A stretch of DNA of 32,000 bases from Methanothermobacter thermautotrophicus str. Delta H (lineage in GTDB: Archaea; Methanobacteriota; Methanobacteria; Methanobacteriales; Methanothermobacteraceae): assembly GCF_000008645.1 (NCBI RefSeq), contig NC_000916.1, positions 1,380,001 through 1,412,000 of the forward strand. Reading direction: 5' to 3'. The notes under the pieces were generated by a model. It searched no databases and was not told the origin of the DNA. It was given only the letters and a program-made list of their open reading frames with translations. Both the position numbers and the translations under genes were made by a program. The stretch's first letter is position 1. Every line of letters starts with the position of its first letter. This document shows positions 26,114 to 32,000 of the stretch, one piece after another.

Positions 26114-26623
26114 TCACCTCAGATGGTCCACTATGGCGGGCATAATCTTCCTGGCCTTCCTGAGGATCTCCTCAGTTTCCAGTCCAGCCACTGGATGTTC
26201 TATCTCAACTATCCGGAGGCCCGGCATCCCATGGGCGGCTGCAAGTTTCTCTGCATATTCCCTGAAAGTGTCTGAACAGATGGAGATTGTTGGAACCCCC
26301 ATACCCTCAAGACGAATCGCGTCAAGGATCACCCAGGTTGTGCAGGAGCCGCAGTCACCCAGGGCGAGTATGCAGAGGTCCCCCTCCCCGGCCCTGTTTA
26401 TCTGGTCCTCTGATGCAGGCGCACCGGCAGGTTTCTCAGACCACAGGAACCTTAAACCTTCAAGGGAGGACTCAACAGCCTCAAGTATGGTTCTGGCCCC
26501 GGGTTTGGTGTTGTCGAGGAGTGAAACTGTCTTAACTTCACCCACCCGGTTGACCGGCATCTCATCCATGCATGTATCTGCCAGAGGGTCCATCACATCC
26601 CTTTCAACAATCCTGACCTTCAT
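26114..26623 (-). CDS. CGSC-motif protein (169 aa). Likely the Cys form of the 'UGSC' predicted-selenoprotein family. Function unknown, presumably redox.
   Basis: A beta-strand-like ILALGD followed by CGSC and then a helix (TTWVILDAI). The ATG lies 1 nt after the lysK stop, with GGAGG 7 nt upstream. Confidence 0.65.
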   Translation of the reverse strand: MKVRIVERDVMDPLADTCMDEMPVNRVGEVKTVSLLDNTKPGARTILEAVESSLEGLRFLWSEKPAGAPASEDQINRAGEGDLCILALGDCGSCTTWVILDAIRLEGMGVPTISICSDTFREYAEKLAAAHGMPGLRIVEIEHPVAGLETEEILRKARKIMPAIVDHLR

Positions 26624-26624
26624 T

Positions 26625-28199
26625 TCAGGCCTCCAGTCTTAGCCTCCTTATCACGAAGTCCCTCTCAAGTGAGAGGAGGAATGAAGCCGCCCTTGGCCCC
26701 ATCTTCTTACCTATGAGGACCCTGTATATTGCCTGGAATGCCTTCTGGGGTTTAAGTCCATGCCTTCGGAGTATGCTGTACATCTCGTCGTGGAGTTCCT
26801 CGGCGCTCATCTCCCGGGACTCCATGAGGTCCGCAACGTCCTGAAGGAATTTCAGCTGTGGCTCTGATAATTCAACATCCGGGAGCTCCTCCTGAACCTG
26901 GAACTTGACGAATTCAGGGGCATAGAGTCTCAACCAGTTTTTAACGTTCTCTATACGCTCATTCAGCTGTTCGAGCTGTTTATCTGTGAGCTGATCCAGT
27001 TCAAGGTCCATTAACTCCTCTGGAAGCTGTGAGTTTCTCCTGAGGATATCATAGAGCCTTTCAGGGTCATCACCCGCGATCTGGCAGGCAACCGTCATGA
27101 AGCGGTAGGAGGGCCTGAGGGGTAGATCGAATTCCTCTATCATTGAAACCCTGTAGATGTTCCTGAGCTTCTGTTCCTCCTTTTCTGATGCAGCATCCTC
27201 CATCCCATAGTAGATCCTCTCTGTCCGGTCGAACTGGTCCATCAGGTCAAGGAAGGGCATGTCCGGGTTGAAATCCTTGTGCTTCATGGGCTTGCTCCTG
27301 AATATGAAGTAGTTGAGGCTCTCAGGGGGTCCTATCTCAAGCCACTGGCCCGGTGTGAAGAAGACACCCCTTGACTTGGACATGGCCTCACCCCGGAGGG
27401 TTATCCACTCGTAGGGAACAGGGTAGGGTGCAGGATAGTCAAATATCTCCTCGGATATGATGCTGCTGACGTCATAGGAACCGCCACTTGCTGCATGGTC
27501 CTTACCGAAGGGTTCACAGGTGACGCCGAGGATCTTCCACCTTGCAGCCCACTCAACTCTCCAGGTGAGTTTACCGAGCCCTGATTTTATATCCATCTCC
27601 CCATCGAAGCCGCATTCGCACCGGTACCTGACGGTATCCCCACTAAAGTCATAGGCCTCCGTCGTGTTCACGCGGCCACACTTCTCACAGATCGGGTTGT
27701 AGGGTAGCCAGTCATCCCGCAGGGGCCTGTCCCTGAACCTGTTGAATATTTCCCTTATCTCAGGGGCCCTTTCAAGGGATGTTCTTATGTAGTCATTGTA
27801 GAGGCCCTCGGTGTACATACGGGCCCCGGAGTAGTGTTCGACGCCTATCCTGAACCTTTCAAGGGCCTCCAGGAAGGGCCTCTGGAAGTGTTCGACGAAG
27901 CTCTCACAGCAGCCCTCAGGGCAGGGTATCATGGAGTAGGGCACTCCGAGGTACTTCTCGTAGCTTTCAGGGAGGGGGTAGGGTACCTTTCTGAGGGGGT
28001 CGTGGTCGTCGGCTATCCAGACGGTCCTTGATTTGAACCCGTCCTTTTTGAGGGATTTGGCTATGGAGCTTGCTATGAAAACGTCGCAGGAATTACCTAT
28101 GTGTATTGAGCCGGATATGGATGTTCCGCTGGCAACAACGTGCTCTTCAACATCTCTCTCCTTCAGTTCATCAGCTATCCTTTCAATCCAGTGCTTCAA
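26625..28199 (-). CDS. lysS: Class I lysyl-tRNA synthetase (LysK type).
   Basis: HIGN (HIGH-class motif) and MSKS (KMSKS motif). Start re-called to TTG 28199 ([12 protein letters not shown], a typical class I LysRS N-terminus), 4 nt after AGGTGAT. The track's start at 28259 abuts a TATA box. Confidence 0.9.
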
Positions 28200-28277
28200 A
28201 GAGATCACCTGTAAAAAACGTGATAGAATCAGTGCAACAAAAAAGTGTGTGAACTTCAAAATATATTAATCTTCTCT

Positions 28278-28284
28278 AAAAAAA
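28278..28284 (-). terminator. T7 tract on the minus strand, immediately downstream of the thiC stop and upstream of the lysK TATA (28259-28270).
   Basis: Plus strand AAAAAAA is TTTTTTT in the thiC sense, 13 nt after the stop. Confidence 0.5.
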
Positions 28285-28296
28285 GGAGTGGGTGGT

Positions 28297-29598
28297 TCAG
28301 TCGAAGATCCTTGTATCTGCACTGTCAAGCCACTCGTTAACGATCTTGACCGCGCAGTATTCCCCACACATTGTACAGGTATCAGGGTCCTCAGGGGGCC
28401 TCTCATCCCTTATACGCCTGGCTTCAGCAGGGCACATCGCGGCATCGAACTGGGCCTCCCAGTTGAGCTTCTTACGGGCGTTGGCCATTTCGAGGTCCTT
28501 CTCCCCGTTGTGGATACCCTTGACCATGTCACCCACATAGGCACCTATCCTTGTTGCTATGACACCCTCCTTCACATCATCCGGGTATGGGAGGGCGAGG
28601 TGCTCCGCCGGTGTGACGTAGCATATGAAGTCTGCACCTGCAGCAGCTGATGCGGCAGCCCCTATGGATGACACTATGTGGTCATAACCGGCCCCTATAT
28701 CCGTGACTATGGGTCCCAGCATGTAGAATGGGGCTCCCCTGCAGAGTTTCTTCTGGAGTATCACATTGGCCTTTATCTCATTGAGGGGTATGTGGCCCGG
28801 GCCCTCAACGATGGTCTGGACACCGGCCTCCCTTGCCCTGTCAATTAGTTCACCGAGTACTATGAGCTCCTGTACCTGGGCCCTGTCGGTTGAGTCTGCG
28901 ATGGCACCGGCGCGCATGGCGTTGGCCATGGAGAGCACAAAGTCATGTTCCTTTGCAATCTCCAGTATGTAATCGAAGTTCTCATAGAGGGGGTTTTCCA
29001 GTCCATTCTCAACCATCCAGGCGGATACAAATGCGCCTCCCCTGCTCACAAGGCCACCCTCACGGCCCTGCCTTTTGAGCCTCCTCAGGGTTTCCCTGTT
29101 GACACTGCAGTGGATGGCCATGAAGTCTATACCATCCTTTGCCTGTTTCTCGATGGCCCTGAACATAACGTCTTCGTCCATGTATATGGAGGCTCCCTTT
29201 TCCCTTATGGTCTCAATGGCTGCCTGGTAGACAGGTACGCTTCCAACGGGTATGGGTGAGAGGTCAAGGATTCTTCTCCTTATCTCATCCAGGTCCCCGC
29301 CAACTGAGAGTTCCATGAGGGTGTCTGCCCTGTTTTCAATTGCAATGCGAGCCTTCTCCTCCTCCATATCAAAGTCGACGATGTCTGTGGATGTTCCTAT
29401 GGTGGCGTTGACCTTGGTCCTCAGACCTGCGCCTATACCGACAGCTGCAACCTCTTCACGGTTAAGGTTGCTTGGGATGGCTATTTTACCACTGGCAACT
29501 CCTCTTCTCACAAACTCTGGGGTGACGTTCTCTGCCTCCGCCACCGCTTTCATTTCATCTGTTATAACACCTTTTTTAGCTTCATCCATTTGAGTCAT
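28297..29598 (-). CDS. thiC: Phosphomethylpyrimidine synthase ThiC (radical SAM, thiamine pyrimidine moiety).
   Basis: Full-length ThiC-like sequence (GVITDEM...VRRGVA.G.I.IP.N; ...TIVEGPGH...) and a C-terminal CTMCGEYCA cluster motif. Confidence 0.93.
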   Translation of the reverse strand: MTQMDEAKKGVITDEMKAVAEAENVTPEFVRRGVASGKIAIPSNLNREEVAAVGIGAGLRTKVNATIGTSTDIVDFDMEEEKARIAIENRADTLMELSVGGDLDEIRRRILDLSPIPVGSVPVYQAAIETIREKGASIYMDEDVMFRAIEKQAKDGIDFMAIHCSVNRETLRRLKRQGREGGLVSRGGAFVSAWMVENGLENPLYENFDYILEIAKEHDFVLSMANAMRAGAIADSTDRAQVQELIVLGELIDRAREAGVQTIVEGPGHIPLNEIKANVILQKKLCRGAPFYMLGPIVTDIGAGYDHIVSSIGAAASAAAGADFICYVTPAEHLALPYPDDVKEGVIATRIGAYVGDMVKGIHNGEKDLEMANARKKLNWEAQFDAAMCPAEARRIRDERPPEDPDTCTMCGEYCAVKIVNEWLDSADTRIFD

Positions 29599-29827
29599 GT
29601 AATCACCCTTCTGGTTTGACCCTTAACCCGTGAGGGTATGATCTGGATCAGCGGAAATGAGATATATGGATATCATATTGATTGGTTCCATCCAGTTATA
29701 AAAACTACTGTTTCAGTCCCCGTTAATACTCTTAAGGAGTCTTTGATGTCTCCCCTAGTTGAGGGGCCACGGCTTGCTGCCTGCTACGCATTGTGTATCA
29801 TGTTTGTCAGAGTCTGGGGGGGCCCCA

Positions 29828-30757
29828 TCATATCGGGGGTTCATAGCCCCACTGTGCAGTGAAGCGTTTCACGGCTTCTCCTGTGTCAGGGATGTTTGTC
29901 TGGGTACCCTCATCCTCTACTATGAATGATGCAACTGCAGATGCGAACCGCCCACAGGTTTTGAGGTCCGCGCCCCGGAGGTAGGCCCTCATGAAGCCTG
30001 CCCGGTAGGAGTCCCCGGCCCCTGTGGGGTCAACCGCCTCCCGGGGTATTGCGTCTATCTTTATCACATCATCGGAGTATATGATGCTCCCCTCTTTCCC
30101 GTAGGTCTTAACCACCACCCCAGGTCCCATCTCCCGGAGTCCATGGATATCCACCGACAGTTTGCTGCATATGCGATCTATTTCATGGTGGTTCCCAAAT
30201 AGTATGTCGCATACACCAACGGCCCTTTCAAGCTGGCTGCGGGAGTACATGTGGAGGTCCTGCCCCGGGTCAAAGCTTATTATCTTACCGAGGGACCTTG
30301 CAAATTCACCGCACCTGCAGTTGAAGGATGGGTCACCGGTTGCAAGGTGCACTGCACGGGCAGATTTTATGGCATCCGCAGGTGTCTCGGCGTCTTTGAA
30401 GTACCTTGCAGCGCCCCAGTAGAAGTAGCTTATCTGGTTGTGATCAGAATCGGTCATCACAAAGGCTGTTGGGGTGCTTTCGTCCGCCACCAGGATCATG
30501 GATTCAATATCTATACCACTTGACTCCAGGAGCTCCCTGTACTCTGAACCCTCAAAGTCGCCTCCAACCGCGGATACAAGGGATGTTCTAAGACCAAGCC
30601 TTGATCCCACCAGGGCGACATTTGCGGCTGCTCCCCCATGAAGGTTCCTCATGCGTTTTATGGCTGTTGATGTGTTTGGTTCTGGAAATTCATCCAGATG
30701 TATTATGTAATCGAAGGCGGTATGTCCAACAGCAAGAAGGTCTCTGTCTTCACTCAT
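29828..30757 (-). CDS. PfkB/ribokinase-family carbohydrate or nucleoside kinase.
   Basis: N-terminal GG.A.N.A motif (HGGAANVA) and C-terminal DPTGAGDSYRAGF (PfkB signature 2). AGGTGAT SD 3 nt upstream of the ATG. Confidence 0.8.
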   Translation of the reverse strand: MSEDRDLLAVGHTAFDYIIHLDEFPEPNTSTAIKRMRNLHGGAAANVALVGSRLGLRTSLVSAVGGDFEGSEYRELLESSGIDIESMILVADESTPTAFVMTDSDHNQISYFYWGAARYFKDAETPADAIKSARAVHLATGDPSFNCRCGEFARSLGKIISFDPGQDLHMYSRSQLERAVGVCDILFGNHHEIDRICSKLSVDIHGLREMGPGVVVKTYGKEGSIIYSDDVIKIDAIPREAVDPTGAGDSYRAGFMRAYLRGADLKTCGRFASAVASFIVEDEGTQTNIPDTGEAVKRFTAQWGYEPPI

Positions 30758-30976
30758 ATGATCACCTGAAAAATATGGGGTTAATTCTGTTGGGGTTGGT
30801 TTATAATGTGATTGGATTATTCGTTATAGATGGATTGGGCCTGGTTCTGTTGAGCATCCTTTATTGGGTGGGACTTTATACTTTGAGGCGGATTAAGGTG
30901 ATTTTTATAAAATGTGGTCCTCAAATTTCATGCAGGGAACTGATCCCATAAATGGTTTTTCAGCGGGTTTTCATGC

Positions 30977-31831
30977 TCAGTGAAGCGGCTCAAAGCCGGA
31001 TTCAGCAACCAGGGCCTGGCCCTCACCGGTGATGAACTCAATCAGTTCATCGACCCACTCTCTATCACGGCACCTCACTGCACTTATAACGTGCCTTGTC
31101 TCGTCCCTCAGGATGTCGGAGCCGCTGAACTGACTCGCACTTAAGAACGTAAGCAGCTCCGGGTCATTCATGACAATTCTGTGGGCATGATATGGGGATC
31201 TCACCTCCCTGACAACCTCAAATTCCACACCAGCCTCTGAGAGGACCTCCCATGCCAGCCTCTGGGCAGAACCCGAAACCCCCACAAAGCAGGAGCCGTC
31301 AAGGTCCCTGATATCACTGATACCCCTGCCAACAAGGACCAGGTGGTCATAGGCGACAGGAACAAAATCCAGGTCCCTCCGGTATGCCTGGAGGGGATCA
31401 TCCAGGAATACGGCATCAAGCATGCTCCTCTCTGCAAGATGGAATGAATCCTCATCACAGCATGAAAACAGGGATGCTGACACACCCAGACCCTCAATGG
31501 CGGCCTCTACAAGGTTTGAGGATATGTAACCAGCAGCTATCATCAGTGGCCCTGAACCCTCCAGTATTTTAATCTGTCGCAGGTAGGCTCCCAGGATCTC
31601 CATGGCCTCCGGTGTGAGTTCTGATCCAGCCCCACTGCTTCTCACCAGTTTCACACCAAGGAGGGACTCGGCCCTGAGCACCCTCCTGTTGAGCACCTGT
31701 GGTGATACCCCGAGAACCCTGGCGGCCCTTCTCTGTGAGAAGGTCTCTCCTATAACCCTGAGGGTCTCAAAGAACCTGTGATCAAATCTGTGCCCATTGA
31801 TTTCCATTCCAGGGAGGGGCTTCATATCCAT
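30977..31831 (-). CDS. LysR/ModE-type HTH transcriptional regulator with a periplasmic-binding-protein-like C-terminal domain.
   Basis: FSQRRAARVLGVSPQVLNRRVLRAESLLGVKLVRSSGAGSELTPEA resembles the LysR-HTH/ModE N-domain. ATG 31831 (5 nt after AAGGTG) is preferred over the track's GTG at 31852. Confidence 0.7.
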   Translation of the reverse strand: MDMKPLPGMEINGHRFDHRFFETLRVIGETFSQRRAARVLGVSPQVLNRRVLRAESLLGVKLVRSSGAGSELTPEAMEILGAYLRQIKILEGSGPLMIAAGYISSNLVEAAIEGLGVSASLFSCCDEDSFHLAERSMLDAVFLDDPLQAYRRDLDFVPVAYDHLVLVGRGISDIRDLDGSCFVGVSGSAQRLAWEVLSEAGVEFEVVREVRSPYHAHRIVMNDPELLTFLSASQFSGSDILRDETRHVISAVRCRDREWVDELIEFITGEGQALVAESGFEPLH

Positions 31832-32000
31832 ATTGACACCTTTCTTGAGCACCTATGGTGTTTCTGTGGTTTCAGGGTTTCATAATCAACCGGACCATAT
31901 TCCAGGCCCTTTACCGTGGCCAGGTTTTCTCAGATCCTTCTTCAGTCATGGGTTTCAGGGGTAGCCCGGGGTTCTATGGGTTCAGCACATTTTATGATCA

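Noticed and set aside
29599-29700. Possible TPP riboswitch, suggested by the string GATCTGGATCAGCG, which resembles the CUGAUCUGGAUAAUGCCAGCG core.
   Set aside because: The resemblance is on the plus strand, which is antisense to thiC with no downstream plus-strand gene. On the thiC sense strand the CUGAGA box, P2/P3 helices and pyrimidine-sensor elements are missing. I kept only the palindrome observation.
29638-29862. 74-aa plus-strand ORF spanning the thiC leader and the PfkB 3' end.
   Set aside because: It crosses a promoter and leader region and then runs antisense into the kinase gene. It has no SD and no recognisable features.
31853-32000. Repeated GGTTTCAGGG (31868, 31951) and a possible ORF start at ATG 31948 running off the window.
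   Set aside because: Only 17 codons are visible and there is no SD. The repeat is short, so neither a gene nor a regulatory site can be supported from this fragment.
1-32000. Mobile elements, CRISPR arrays, prophage or defence islands.
   Set aside because: I found no long terminal repeats, no spaced repeat arrays, and no transposase, integrase or Cas-like ORFs. The tRNA-Arg gene is not flanked by an attachment-site duplication or an integrase.

Overview
The window looks like core chromosome of a thermophilic methanogen. The 1177-2187 product matches, as far as I can recall it, the Ca2+-gated K+ channel MthK of Methanothermobacter thermautotrophicus. Neighbours fit that assignment: PolD large subunit, class I LysRS, a CfbD-like F430 enzyme, an F390-synthetase-like ligase and class III RNR. 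Coding density is about 90%, with roughly 30 protein genes, one tRNA-Arg(GCG) and one small gene absent from the ORF track (Sec61-beta/SecG, 19728-19886). Gene order: two or three tiny genes; mthK; sfsA(-); a tight cfbD / sugar-phosphate nucleotidyltransferase-cupin / hisH / PurM-like / small protein operon; tRNA-Arg; F390-synthetase/PaaK-like ligase; truD; DUF126 (AcnX swivel subunit); two membrane proteins; a class-III-signal-peptide protein(-); amidohydrolase; copA; polD-L(-); secG; purB; a triple-repeat membrane protein; nrdD; then a minus-strand block of LysR/ModE-like regulator, PfkB kinase, thiC, lysK, a CGSC-motif protein and a 367-aa unknown. I see no CRISPR array, rRNA, transposase, integrase, intein or defence island, so this is not an accessory region. 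The most promising uncharacterised items are: (1) a translationally coupled lysK / CGSC (UGSC-family-like) protein / 367-aa Cys-rich protein unit; (2) a hisH gene overlapping a PurM-superfamily gene, downstream of cfbD and a nucleotidyltransferase; (3) a 300-aa membrane protein built from three tandem modules each ending YNxL[AT]PR; (4) several short local duplications in leaders and gene ends. All family assignments come from motif recognition by eye, with no database search, and several start codons were re-called from Shine-Dalgarno context.
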